A DNA stretch of 64,000 nt, from contig JBDRFG010000107.1 of the NCBI GenBank assembly GCA_043819135.1, positions 31,002 through 95,001 of the forward strand, given 5' to 3'. Below the pieces are notes generated by a model that did no database searches, had not been told where the DNA came from, and saw only the letters and a program-made list of their open reading frames with translations. The first letter of the stretch is position 1. The number at the start of each line of letters is the position of its first letter. Positions 20,201 through 29,399 of the stretch are shown here, piece by piece. Source of the stretch: Candidatus Eiseniibacteriota bacterium. Lineage in GTDB: Bacteria > Joyebacterota > Joyebacteria > Joyebacterales > Joyebacteraceae. The translations under genes were made by a program, and so were the position numbers.

Positions 20201-20235
20201 CAGGGCCGCCCCCGTAAGGGGCGGCCCTGTGTCTT
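20201..20235. terminator. Terminator hairpin between convergent genes
   Basis: cagggccgcccc-cgtaa-ggggcggccctg. Confidence 0.7.
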
Positions 20236-20261
20236 TATGCCAATCCGTGGCTATGCAGCGG

Positions 20262-20477
20262 CTAGGCTTCGATCCTCGTGACGTTCTCCGCCGCCGGACC
20301 CTTCTCGCCCTGGACGACGTCGAACTGCACGCGCTCGCCCTCACCCAGAGTCTTGAACTCGTCGCCACCCTGGATCGCCGAATGGTGAACGAAGAGGTCC
20401 TTCGAGCCATCCTCCGGCGTTATGAAACCAAAGCCCTTGCTGTCGTTGAACCACTTCACGGTTCCTGTCGTACTCAC
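20262..20477 (-). CDS. csp: Cold shock protein
   Basis: [31 protein letters not shown]. Confidence 0.95.
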   Translation of the reverse strand: MSTTGTVKWFNDSKGFGFITPEDGSKDLFVHHSAIQGGDEFKTLGEGERVQFDVVQGEKGPAAENVTRIEA

Positions 20478-20749
20478 TGTGTTCTACCTCTCATGTTCTC
20501 GTCGGGAGGGACTGCCCCTCAGCCGACGATTGTCCTGTCGGGGCCGGATCATCCGAGCCACCGATTTCCTTTTCACGGGGCCTGTCCGCCCCTGCAGGTA
20601 GCGCCACACCGATCGTCGATACCGTTCCACACTCTCGGGCACCTCATGGTGCCCCCGGAAAACAAAAAAGGACCGGCGTGTGCGCCTGGTCCCTCCTTCG
20701 AGTTTCCGGATATGTTGCCATACCAACGTGGTCGCATCTGCTGAAGGAC

Positions 20750-20778
20750 AGTATAGTCACAGGGGCAACCGAAGTCAA
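20750..20778 (-). promoter_or_regulatory. csp promoter implying a ~265-nt 5' leader
   Basis: Minus strand TTGACT-17 bp-TATACT. Confidence 0.75.
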
Positions 20779-20810
20779 GCCCGGGTGGAGGATTCTACCC
20801 CAAAGTCGAG

Positions 20811-21278
20811 CTACGGCCCTCCGGAAGCCTGCAGCATCGCATCCAGCGTCTGCAGGAACTGCGATCGGTCCCGTTTGTCGAACGGCCTGGACCCTCCGGT
20901 CTGGATCCCCAGGTCTCGAAGCTCGGAAGCGAGTTCGCGACCCGCCATCGCCTCCCCGATCGAATCCTCCATGAACTCTCGCCCGCGCAGTCCTAGCGCC
21001 CGCGCGCCCAGTTTGAGACAACGGTCGGCAAGAGGGATGTCTCCGGTGACCACGATGTCGCTCGCGTTCACGTGCTCGACGATCCAGTTGTCCGCGGCGT
21101 CGAAATCGCCCTTCACGACAACGAGTTCAAACCCGTCCTCCTCGGGAACGCGCATCCACGAGTCTGCCACGAGCGTCACGCGAACACCGTAGCGTCGCGC
21201 CACGCGGTAGACCTCCTGCTTGACGGGACACGCGTCGCCGTCGACGAAGATGGTGAGCACGTCGATGTCACTCCTCAT
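20811..21278 (-). CDS. YaiI/YqxD family (PIN-like) protein
   Basis: IFVDGDACPVK, DAADNWI, DIVVTGDIPLA. Confidence 0.9.
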   Translation of the reverse strand: MRSDIDVLTIFVDGDACPVKQEVYRVARRYGVRVTLVADSWMRVPEEDGFELVVVKGDFDAADNWIVEHVNASDIVVTGDIPLADRCLKLGARALGLRGREFMEDSIGEAMAGRELASELRDLGIQTGGSRPFDKRDRSQFLQTLDAMLQASGGP

Positions 21279-21327
21279 GGTGCCTGCCGTGATTCACGAG
21301 TGCTGCCACATGCGAGACGAGCCCCGC

Positions 21328-22674
21328 CTAGATCACTTTCCGGAGCTTCCTGATCGCGGCGCCCGGCCGGCGCACGGCCTTCCGTATGACTCGGGGATTG
21401 AACGCGTTCGCGAAGAGCAAGTAATGATTGATCTTGTTCCTGTAGCGCGTGATGTCGGCCTGAGTGACGTGGCGGAGCGTCATCGGCGCCCGACCCCTGA
21501 GGCTGTTCTCGGCGTTGTCGAACCCGTCGTAGTCCTCGATGGACAGGAGGCCCCGCTCCTTGGCAAACCGGTGCATGTGAGTCCCAGGGAGCGGCGTCGC
21601 GGTGTAGACAACCCAGCTCCGAGGCTTGATGCGCTTTACGAGGTCGTAGGTCATCTTGAGATCTTCCAGCGTCTCGTCTGGCGCCCCGAGCATCAGAAAA
21701 GCGTGCGGCAGTATCCCGAGCTCGTGGCACCACCGGAAGGCCTGCTCGGTCTCCGCTGGGTCCGTGCGCTTGTTGTAGAACTTGAGTACATCGGGCGACC
21801 CGCTCTCCACTCCGAAGCCTATTTGCACGCAGCCGGATTCGCGCATCATCCTGAGCTTATCGTACGTCACCGTGTCGACGCGGGAGTTCGCCTGCCATCG
21901 GATCTCGACACCGCGGCGCTGAAGCTCATCCCGGAGTTGTACGAACCACTCCACGTCGAACAGCGTCAGCGTATCATCCTTGAAGTAGACGTCTTTGTCG
22001 CCTGCTATCGAGAGCGCGTGCTCGATCTCGTCCACAATGCTCTCGGGCGAGCGCTTCCTGACACGCGGGCCGAAGAGCCGCTCCACCGTCGGCTGGCAGT
22101 AGATGCAGTTGAAGGAACAGCCTCGGCTGGCCATGATGCCGATGGTAGGGTAATCGGAATAGTCGATGAGGTCCCTGGCGGGAAAGGGAACCGCGTCGAG
22201 ATCCGAGATAAAGCCCTCGCGGCCGTTGGCTCGCACACGTCCATCCTCCATCCAAGCGAGCCCAGGACACTCGCGGGCGCGCTCCCGGCCGAGGAGCTCC
22301 GTGAACTCCAGAACGGTACTCTCGGCCTCACCGAGGAACGCGTAGTCGAAACCCGCCCCGAGGGCGTCTTCCGTAGCTACGGTCGCGTGGGGTCCACCAA
22401 TCACGGTGGGCGTCCCAGGCGCAAGCCTCTTGGCGTAGCCCAGCACGCCCACGGCCTTCCCGAACATCGCTGAACTTGACGATGTGCCGATCCAGTCGGC
22501 GCCGTCGAGAGCGCCATCCAGAACGTCAAGGCTTTTCGCGAAGGTCAGGTCAACGAAGCGAACGTCGTGGCCGGCCCCGCGCAGAACGGAGGCCACGTAA
22601 AGGACCCCGAGGGGCTCCTCGAGCCCTCCGGCGAGCATGGTTCTGAAGCGGGGGTAGACCAGGGCAACCTTCAT
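21328..22674 (-). CDS. B12-binding radical SAM protein
   Basis: PLGVLYVAS, IGGPHAT, SRGCSFNCIYC, GVESGS. Confidence 0.92.
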   Translation of the reverse strand: MKVALVYPRFRTMLAGGLEEPLGVLYVASVLRGAGHDVRFVDLTFAKSLDVLDGALDGADWIGTSSSSAMFGKAVGVLGYAKRLAPGTPTVIGGPHATVATEDALGAGFDYAFLGEAESTVLEFTELLGRERARECPGLAWMEDGRVRANGREGFISDLDAVPFPARDLIDYSDYPTIGIMASRGCSFNCIYCQPTVERLFGPRVRKRSPESIVDEIEHALSIAGDKDVYFKDDTLTLFDVEWFVQLRDELQRRGVEIRWQANSRVDTVTYDKLRMMRESGCVQIGFGVESGSPDVLKFYNKRTDPAETEQAFRWCHELGILPHAFLMLGAPDETLEDLKMTYDLVKRIKPRSWVVYTATPLPGTHMHRFAKERGLLSIEDYDGFDNAENSLRGRAPMTLRHVTQADITRYRNKINHYLLFANAFNPRVIRKAVRRPGAAIRKLRKVI

Positions 22675-22803
22675 TGCGCTTCCAGGTTCAGGGCGGGCTC
22701 GATCCATCCCGACCGACGCTCACGATGTTCCCACGAATCGCTCTCCATCGCAAGGGAGCGTTCGAGAGAGCGGCCCTCACCTGCTCAGGTAAGGACCGCT
22801 GGA

Positions 22804-22836
22804 GCTGGCTCCCCACGGTGGACGTGTTTCGAACTC
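22804..22836. repeat. att-like site 1 (33-bp direct repeat, tRNA 3'-end-like core), preceded by hairpin 22770-22799
   Basis: gctggctccccacggtggacgtgtttcgaactc, identical to 25306-25338. Confidence 0.85.
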
Positions 22837-22930
22837 CTCTGTACCGCACACGGTTTCTTGGACACAATCCCACTCTGTTCAGGTCCTCTCGGGCGTTTGT
22901 GGGTCCGGCATGGAGTCGACCGACTCGACG

Positions 22931-22939
22931 TGCTATAAT
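22931..22939 (+). promoter_or_regulatory. Extended -10 promoter for amylase gene
   Basis: TGCTATAAT ~57 nt upstream of ATG 22996. Confidence 0.55.
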
Positions 22940-22995
22940 AGTACAGGATCTTTTCGCATATCCAGACGTCCCCTTGCAGAAAGCGAAGACCCGCC

Positions 22996-25239
22996 ATGAA
23001 CGGCAGCATGCTGAGAGCACTCACCCTCGTGGTACTCGTCACGGCGCTCGTCACCGCTACCAACGCCCAGGCCGTGGAGGTCACCTTCCGGGTCCGCATG
23101 GCCTACCAGGTCGAGCTGGGCAACTTCGACCCCTTGAACGACTTCGTGGACCTCGCCGGCACGTTCAACGACTGGGGCAGTAGCCCGCTCACGCCCCTGG
23201 CCGATGCCGACGGCGACACCATCTACGAGGTCACCCTTGGCGCCTTCACACCGTCTGAGTATATCGAATTCAAGTTCCGCATCAACGGCCAGTGGGACGG
23301 CAGCGAGGAGTTCCCGGGCCCCGGCAACAACCGCGTCTACACTGTGCCGGCAAGCGACGACACCATCCTCGTCTGGTACAACGACTACGTGTCGAACGGC
23401 GGTATCGGCGAGCTGCACTGGTGGAACGACACGGTCTTCTACGAGATCCTTGTGCGCAGTTTCTACGACAGCGACGGCGATGGGATCGGTGACTTCCAGG
23501 GCCTGACGAACAAGCTCGACTACCTCAACGATGGTAACCCGGCCACCGACGACGATCTCGGAATCACGGGCATCTGGCTCATGCCCATCAACGATAGCCC
23601 TAGCTACCACGGCTACGACGCCGTCGACTACCGCTCCATCAACCCTGATTACGGAACCATGGCCGATTTCGAGGCGTTCCTCGCAGCCGCACACGCGCGC
23701 GGCATCAAGGTCATCATCGATTACGTCATGAACCACTGCTCCGACCAGCACCCCTGGTTCGTGGAATCCGCCCAGAACAACCCGGCCTACCGCGATTACT
23801 TCCGCTGGTCGCCAAGCGATCCCGGCGGGTCCGGACCCTGGGGTCAGGACGTCTGGCACTGGTATTCTTCGGGGTGGTACTACGGCCTCTTCACCGGCAG
23901 CATGCCGGACCTCAACTATGAGACGCAGGCCGTTAAGGACTCGATGTTCGACACGGCCACCTACTGGCTCGACACGATCGGCGTCGACGGCTTTCGTCTC
24001 GACGCCGTGCTCTACATCATCGAGGAGGGCAATCAGCTCCAGAACACGGCGTCGACGCTGCAGTTCTGGGCTGACTACAACGCGCACGTCAAGTCGGTGA
24101 ACCCCGACGTCCTGTCCGTTGGTGAAGCGTGGACCTCCACGAGCATCGTGCTTCAGTACGTCACGCAGGACCGGCTGGACCTCTGCTTCGAGTTCGATCT
24201 GTCCTACGCCACCCTCAACGCGGTCAACTGGGGCGATGCCGGGTCACTGAGTGGCAAGGCCGACCAGGTCTACAATCTCTACCCGCACCTTCAGTTCGGC
24301 ACCTTCCTCACCAACCACGACCAGAACCGCACGTTCACGGTGGTCGGTGAGGATGAGGGGAAGGCGAAAGTCGCCGCGGGCATCCACATGACCCTGCCGG
24401 GCGTACCGTTTGTCTACTACGGCGAGGAGATCGGCATGGTCGGCAGCGGGGATCACCTGAACATCCGCACGCCGATGCAGTGGACCGACGGGACCAACGC
24501 CGGCTTCACTACGGGCTCGCCCTGGCAGACGATCAACAGCAACTACCAGCAGTACAACGTGGCCGTGGAGGAATCGGACACGGGGTCGTTGCTCAACTGG
24601 TACAAGCGTCTGATAGACGTGCGCAACCAGACGCCGGCCCTGCGGCGCGGAACGCACGATCCGTTGGCGGGCTCCGAGTCACCGGTCCTGGCCTTTGTGC
24701 GACGCCACGAGGAGCAGACCGTGCTAGTCATGGCCAACACCGCGTCCAACGCTCTCGGCAACATCACGTTGGCCGGATCCTCGAACAGCCTCGTGCCCGG
24801 CGACTACACACTTGTAAACCTGCTCGATCCCGGCGATACCCTCGACGTCACGGTCAGCCCGGCGTACGAGATCACCGGTCTGAGCCTGGCGGGACACGAG
24901 GTGGCAGCCTACGAGTTCGCCGGCGAGAACGGCGTGGAAACACCCGACGACCTGCCGGGAACTGGCCTCCGACTCGAGCGGAACTATCCCAATCCATTCA
25001 GTCCCTCGACGACCATCCGTTACTCGTTGCCGACTCGGTCCCATGTCCGACTTGGCGTCTACGACGTCGCCGGTCGTGAGGTGGGCGTGCTCCAGGACGG
25101 GGTGCAGGCGGAGGGACCGCACGAGGCGCGGTGGGAGGGTGCAGATCGCAGCGGGCAGCCCCTGAGCGCGGGGATGTACTTCGTGCGTCTGGCCGCCGGG
25201 GGTGAGTCGAGGATGTCCAAGATGATGCTCATGAAGTGA
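22996..25239 (+). CDS. Secreted GH13 alpha-amylase (SusG-like) with N-terminal CBM-like and FlgD-type C-terminal domains
   Basis: DSDGDGIGD, SYHGYD, DYVMNH, DGFRLDA, VGEAW, FLTNHD; NYPNPF...AGMYFVRL. Confidence 0.92.
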   Translation: MNGSMLRALTLVVLVTALVTATNAQAVEVTFRVRMAYQVELGNFDPLNDFVDLAGTFNDWGSSPLTPLADADGDTIYEVTLGAFTPSEYIEFKFRINGQWDGSEEFPGPGNNRVYTVPASDDTILVWYNDYVSNGGIGELHWWNDTVFYEILVRSFYDSDGDGIGDFQGLTNKLDYLNDGNPATDDDLGITGIWLMPINDSPSYHGYDAVDYRSINPDYGTMADFEAFLAAAHARGIKVIIDYVMNHCSDQHPWFVESAQNNPAYRDYFRWSPSDPGGSGPWGQDVWHWYSSGWYYGLFTGSMPDLNYETQAVKDSMFDTATYWLDTIGVDGFRLDAVLYIIEEGNQLQNTASTLQFWADYNAHVKSVNPDVLSVGEAWTSTSIVLQYVTQDRLDLCFEFDLSYATLNAVNWGDAGSLSGKADQVYNLYPHLQFGTFLTNHDQNRTFTVVGEDEGKAKVAAGIHMTLPGVPFVYYGEEIGMVGSGDHLNIRTPMQWTDGTNAGFTTGSPWQTINSNYQQYNVAVEESDTGSLLNWYKRLIDVRNQTPALRRGTHDPLAGSESPVLAFVRRHEEQTVLVMANTASNALGNITLAGSSNSLVPGDYTLVNLLDPGDTLDVTVSPAYEITGLSLAGHEVAAYEFAGENGVETPDDLPGTGLRLERNYPNPFSPSTTIRYSLPTRSHVRLGVYDVAGREVGVLQDGVQAEGPHEARWEGADRSGQPLSAGMYFVRLAAGGESRMSKMMLMK

Positions 25240-25305
25240 TCGGTCGCGGGAACCGCACTCCGTAATGAAAGAGGCCCCGATCTTAGCAGACCGGGGCCTC
25301 CGCTT

Positions 25306-25338
25306 GCTGGCTCCCCACGGTGGACGTGTTTCGAACTC
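25306..25338. repeat. att-like site 2 (33-bp direct repeat), preceded by hairpin 25271-25300
   Basis: Exact copy of 22804-22836. Confidence 0.85.
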
Positions 25339-25415
25339 TTGACTGGAGCGCGGAGGCCTTGGCGGCGGGCACATGCAGCCTGGCGCAATGAGCTTGCGAG
25401 GCTGCTCGGCGGGCA

Positions 25416-26972
25416 CTATCTCCCGGGGCTCGGTGAGTGCACGCGACTTCGTCCAGCGCGAGCCGGCCTCGCGCCCCTCCCGCTCTGCGCGCTGTCGGAT
25501 GGTGCCTTTTCAGCAATGGCGTAGAAGTACACTTCCTCCGGATCCGGATCGCGGAAGCTCGCGTACACGTCGTACGCGGCGATCAGCTCGAGTCCGTGCA
25601 TTGCCGTGATGAGGCCCGTGATCTTCCCACCGCGCCCGAGCTTCACGTAGTAGCTCGGCTGGTACTCCGCGAGCTTCCACTCCAAATCGCGAGTGCCGTG
25701 CATGTCGTTTATCGACCGGACACCCGTCGCCAGGCTGATCGAGTTGGCGAAGTTCCCGAGCAGGTACGGAGACTCCCCCGGGCGCGAGCTCATGTGGGTC
25801 GCAACGTCTCGGGCCATACTGACGAACGTGTAGCTCGGAGATCGCACGTATCGAACCATCCTGCCTGCATCGGCGAAGACTAGGAGTCCGACTGCCAGCA
25901 CGATGAGAAGCGGCTTGACTCGCTCAGGCTTCCGAGCCAATACCCCGGCCATGACGCCCAGTACCATGGCCGCAGGGATCACTGCCGACACCAGGTAGCG
26001 AGGCGGCTGATACGTGCTCGCGCTGACCATCAGGACGTGTCCGACGAGCCAGACGAGCGAAATCGCCGCCGCCCTGTTGCGGCGGAACCGACGCGACGCC
26101 GCGAAGAACACCGGGACGAGCGCAAGGGCCAACGGGGACATGATCCTGTCGACTCGCGCCCAGAGGCGCACGGTCGGCCAGAGGTTCCTCAGAGCGTACA
26201 GAGGGTGCGGCTCGAAGCGCTGCGCTCTGTGGAAGGTCGCGAAGTATCGGACATCCGGAGCGTAGAGCCACCGAGCCGCACAGAAATACATCGACACAAC
26301 GCCTGCGGCGACCGCTGCGGCGGTCGCGCACCCCGCGGCACGCTGCCGGCTGGATTCGCCCGAAGTCCAGGCGGCGTACAGGAGCGCCGGGAGGCCTGCC
26401 AGCACGGTCGTCTTCGTGAGGATGGCCACGCCGAATACGAGCCCGGACAGGCCGCTCGTGACAAGGCCGAACCTCCGGCCCGGATGCGCCGCGAGGACGA
26501 GGCTCAGAAGCACCAGGGACGCCGCGGGGAGGTCGGCGATGGCCAGCCTGCTGTACGCGAAGACGATGAAGCTGCCCGATAGGAGAGCGACCGCGACAAG
26601 CCCTCCCAGCGTGTTCGTGTGGCGACTCACCAGGAGGTACGCCAGCGGGAGCATCGCGACGAAGAAGCAGACGATCGTGGCTCTGGCCGAGCCGAGACTC
26701 ATGCCGGCGACATTGAAGACCGCACCCTGTACGAGGTGGAGGACCGGCATCCCCACCATGACGTTGAGATCGCCCTCAACGTGCCAGCGGCCGGTCGTCG
26801 CCCGCGCGACCGCCCCGCCCGAGTACCATCCCTCATCCGTGTACAAGACCCGAGACCAGGTGACCCCCCTCGGGAAATCCGCTTCGAGATGTAGGAAGTG
26901 GGCACCCACAGCCACCAGAATGAAACATAGCAGGACGCCGGTGGCCAGGCGCGTGGGGCTACAGGCACGCAT
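25416..26972 (-). CDS. ArnT/PMT-like GT-C membrane glycosyltransferase
   Basis: YTDEGWY after first TM, many TMs, LTKTT, PPRYL. Confidence 0.75.
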   Translation of the reverse strand: MRACSPTRLATGVLLCFILVAVGAHFLHLEADFPRGVTWSRVLYTDEGWYSGGAVARATTGRWHVEGDLNVMVGMPVLHLVQGAVFNVAGMSLGSARATIVCFFVAMLPLAYLLVSRHTNTLGGLVAVALLSGSFIVFAYSRLAIADLPAASLVLLSLVLAAHPGRRFGLVTSGLSGLVFGVAILTKTTVLAGLPALLYAAWTSGESSRQRAAGCATAAAVAAGVVSMYFCAARWLYAPDVRYFATFHRAQRFEPHPLYALRNLWPTVRLWARVDRIMSPLALALVPVFFAASRRFRRNRAAAISLVWLVGHVLMVSASTYQPPRYLVSAVIPAAMVLGVMAGVLARKPERVKPLLIVLAVGLLVFADAGRMVRYVRSPSYTFVSMARDVATHMSSRPGESPYLLGNFANSISLATGVRSINDMHGTRDLEWKLAEYQPSYYVKLGRGGKITGLITAMHGLELIAAYDVYASFRDPDPEEVYFYAIAEKAPSDSAQSGRGARPARAGRSRVHSPSPGR

Positions 26973-27144
26973 TCCGAACTGCCTCCCGGTGAAGACAGGG
27001 ATGGTGCTGGCACCAACTGTCGACCAGCATAGACGACTGTCGCCTACGAATCAACGGACGAGACATCTTCGCTGACTGACCGCATGATAACCCAGGAAGC
27101 GCGTGAGCGGAGAGCCAGACCCCGCCAGGCCGGGCTCTCGCGTG

Positions 27145-27711
27145 CTGGCTCCCCGAGTGGGTCGGACTACTAACCGACGCAACGTCGCAGAGCCTCAGGT
27201 ATGGTTTCGGATTGTCCACGTCGCGGCACATGGTCACCACAACACACTTGGCGACGGCATGCGCGAACAGGCGGTCGAGGTTGCCTTGGGGCCGAAGGGG
27301 GCGTTCAAGAACGGCAACGCGGGTGCCGTGACGCGCCAGGTAACGGCGGATCGGGTCGTCAGTGCTCTACCGGAGCCCCGGGCCAAACCGAAACCGCCCA
27401 AGAAGCCTAGGACGCCTCGCGTGGTTGAGCTCCTACGGACGGCGATGGAATGGCAACGCCAGCTTGAAGCTGGTGAAGCGGACACGCAAATCGAGATAGC
27501 CCGACGGGAGAGAATCACTCGGGCTCGCGTGACCCAGATTATGGGGATGCTCCGCCTCGCGCCGGAGATTCAGGAGCACATCCTGTCCATGCCCGATATG
27601 GTCCGTCGGCCTGCGATTAGCGAGCGGGCGTTGCGACCCATCGCCCAGATCGAGGATCCGAGGCGGCAGCTTGCGGAGTTCCGAGATCTGTCTCCAGCAA
27701 GGACCTCATGA
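27145..27711 (+). CDS. HTH-containing domain of the kind associated with large serine recombinases; in frame with the att core (possible internal ATG 27259)
   Basis: AMEWQRQLEAGEADTQIEIARRERITRARVTQIMGMLRLAPEIQEHIL; frame open from the att core. Confidence 0.7.
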   Translation: MAPRVGRTTNRRNVAEPQVWFRIVHVAAHGHHNTLGDGMREQAVEVALGPKGAFKNGNAGAVTRQVTADRVVSALPEPRAKPKPPKKPRTPRVVELLRTAMEWQRQLEAGEADTQIEIARRERITRARVTQIMGMLRLAPEIQEHILSMPDMVRRPAISERALRPIAQIEDPRRQLAEFRDLSPARTS

Positions 27712-27816
27712 CTCCGTTGCCCCCACCATCAGCTGCAGGGTCTGCATCGTGTCGTCCGCGAGGCAAGTCCGGTCCTTCCGGCCTCCCCCGTTGCGCGCGG
27801 CGGTGGCATCTGCTAG

Positions 27817-28578
27817 TTAGCCACGTTCGTCATCTGCGCTCTCTTGCACCTGCCTCATCAGTTCTTTGAAGAACTCCCCGTGCTTCTCATCCACCACAAG
27901 TGGGTCCAGCCCGAACACGTCCGCCAACGTTTCGTGCGCCTTGAGGAGTGAGAGGGACGAGAGCGCGATTGTGCCCGCGGCGTCTCGACCGCGGAAAGTA
28001 GCGAACCGGAATCCTTGGAGCTCCTCCTCTTCATCGAGATCAAGATACTCGTGCAGCTCGCTTATCGACGAGTGTACCGCGGTACTCAGGAGCGTGTATT
28101 CTATGAGATACCAGTCGTGAAGACCCGCTTTGTGCGCTAGGGCTTCGGCGCTGAGGGGCGGTTTCAACTCATGCTCAGCGATGTTCTCCTGGATTTCCTT
28201 AACAATTTCCTCGATTCGCTGATCGCCCAACTCCGCCAGCGGTTTGCGCTCGCTCCCCTGCGATTTGCCGATGATCTTCAGCTTCCTGTGTTCGTCGGCT
28301 CCCACGTAGCGACGAAGCGTCTCCTCGTCTGCAGCAACGGCGCGAATCGTGAAGAGCGCCTCCATGAGAACGCGTGTGACTACCTGTGCCGGTGGGAGAA
28401 GCCCAACGTCCAACAAGAACGGGACGCCATGGTAGAGCTCGAGAATTCTCGCGTACAATGTAGACACGACAAGCTGACGAACGTCCTCTCCGGCAACGGT
28501 GAGACCCGAGAGAGCGGAGAAGCAATCGCGGCCGAGCTCCTTCGAGCGTGCCACTAACTCCTTAGTATCCCATCCCAT
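27817..28578 (-). CDS. DUF5677-like (HEPN-related) protein in a cassette-like unit
   Basis: VVTRVLMEA and YTLLSTAVHS motifs; RBS AAGGGAG upstream of ATG 28578. Confidence 0.65.
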   Translation of the reverse strand: MGWDTKELVARSKELGRDCFSALSGLTVAGEDVRQLVVSTLYARILELYHGVPFLLDVGLLPPAQVVTRVLMEALFTIRAVAADEETLRRYVGADEHRKLKIIGKSQGSERKPLAELGDQRIEEIVKEIQENIAEHELKPPLSAEALAHKAGLHDWYLIEYTLLSTAVHSSISELHEYLDLDEEEELQGFRFATFRGRDAAGTIALSSLSLLKAHETLADVFGLDPLVVDEKHGEFFKELMRQVQESADDERG

Positions 28579-28608
28579 CGGAACAGTAGCTCCCTTCGTA
28601 ACGAAGAC

Positions 28609-28675
28609 GGCTAACGAACCGTGTGTCACCTGCGCCTCGGGCGGCGCTCCGAGCTGGCACGCCACTAAGCCGGGA
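28609..28675 (-). other. Degenerate attC-like site
   Basis: Minus strand ...gcgcaggtgacacacggttc-GTTAGCC; GTTAGCC is the exact complement of GGCTAAC (27822-27816) overlapping the stop of the downstream gene. Confidence 0.6.
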
Positions 28676-28682
28676 GGTAGCT

Positions 28683-29399
28683 TCAGTATCCCCACTCCTC
28701 TCGCCGAACTGGCAGGCGGTTGAGCACCTCACGATGGAATTGCCACTTGGGCATGAACCGGTCCATCAGCGCAACGAAGCGGGCGTTGTGGGTCGGCTCC
28801 AGCAAGTGAGTCAGTTCGTGAACAACGACGTACTCGAGGCACTCCGGAGGCTTCTTGGCCAGCTCGGTGTTGAGGCGAATCGTGCGTGCCTTGCAGTTGC
28901 AGCTCCCCCACTTGGTCTTCATTCGCTGGACGAAGAGCCGCTCTGTCCTCACACCCATCAGCGGCTCCCATTTGGCGAGCAGCGGGAGCATGGCACTCTT
29001 AATCTGCGTGCGATACCATTCTTCCATGAGGGCTTTTCTCTTCTGGCCACCTGTTCGCGGACGCACCCTCAGAAGAATGCGGCTGTGCTTCAGCTCGACT
29101 GAGGGCGGCTCCTCGCTTTCGGAGACTCTTAGCAGGTAGCGCTTGCCCCACACGTGGTGGCTCTCCCGGTCCACGTACTCCCGACGTGTCTCGCGCTCTT
29201 GTTCTCGTAGTTTCGCCTGCTGCCGCTTAATCCAATCCAACTTGGAGACGGCGAAAGCGCGGATGGTGTCGAGGCTCATGCGCTTCGGGGCCGAGATGCG
29301 CACGCGGCCCGCCGGCGGGTAGACGCTGAGATGGATGTTCTTGATGTCTTTCAAGACGACGTCCACCACAATGTCACCCAGCTTGATCTGCGACACCAT
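28683..29399 (-). CDS. M48/YgjP (SprT-like) metallopeptidase associated with type I RM
   Basis: MKTKWGSC, YVVVHELTHLLEPTHNARF; coupled to hsdR. Confidence 0.9.
   Translation of the reverse strand: MVSQIKLGDIVVDVVLKDIKNIHLSVYPPAGRVRISAPKRMSLDTIRAFAVSKLDWIKRQQAKLREQERETRREYVDRESHHVWGKRYLLRVSESEEPPSVELKHSRILLRVRPRTGGQKRKALMEEWYRTQIKSAMLPLLAKWEPLMGVRTERLFVQRMKTKWGSCNCKARTIRLNTELAKKPPECLEYVVVHELTHLLEPTHNARFVALMDRFMPKWQFHREVLNRLPVRREEWGY

Noticed and set aside
22804..25338. 33-bp direct repeats as a CRISPR array
   Set aside because: Only two copies, 2.5 kb apart, no cas genes
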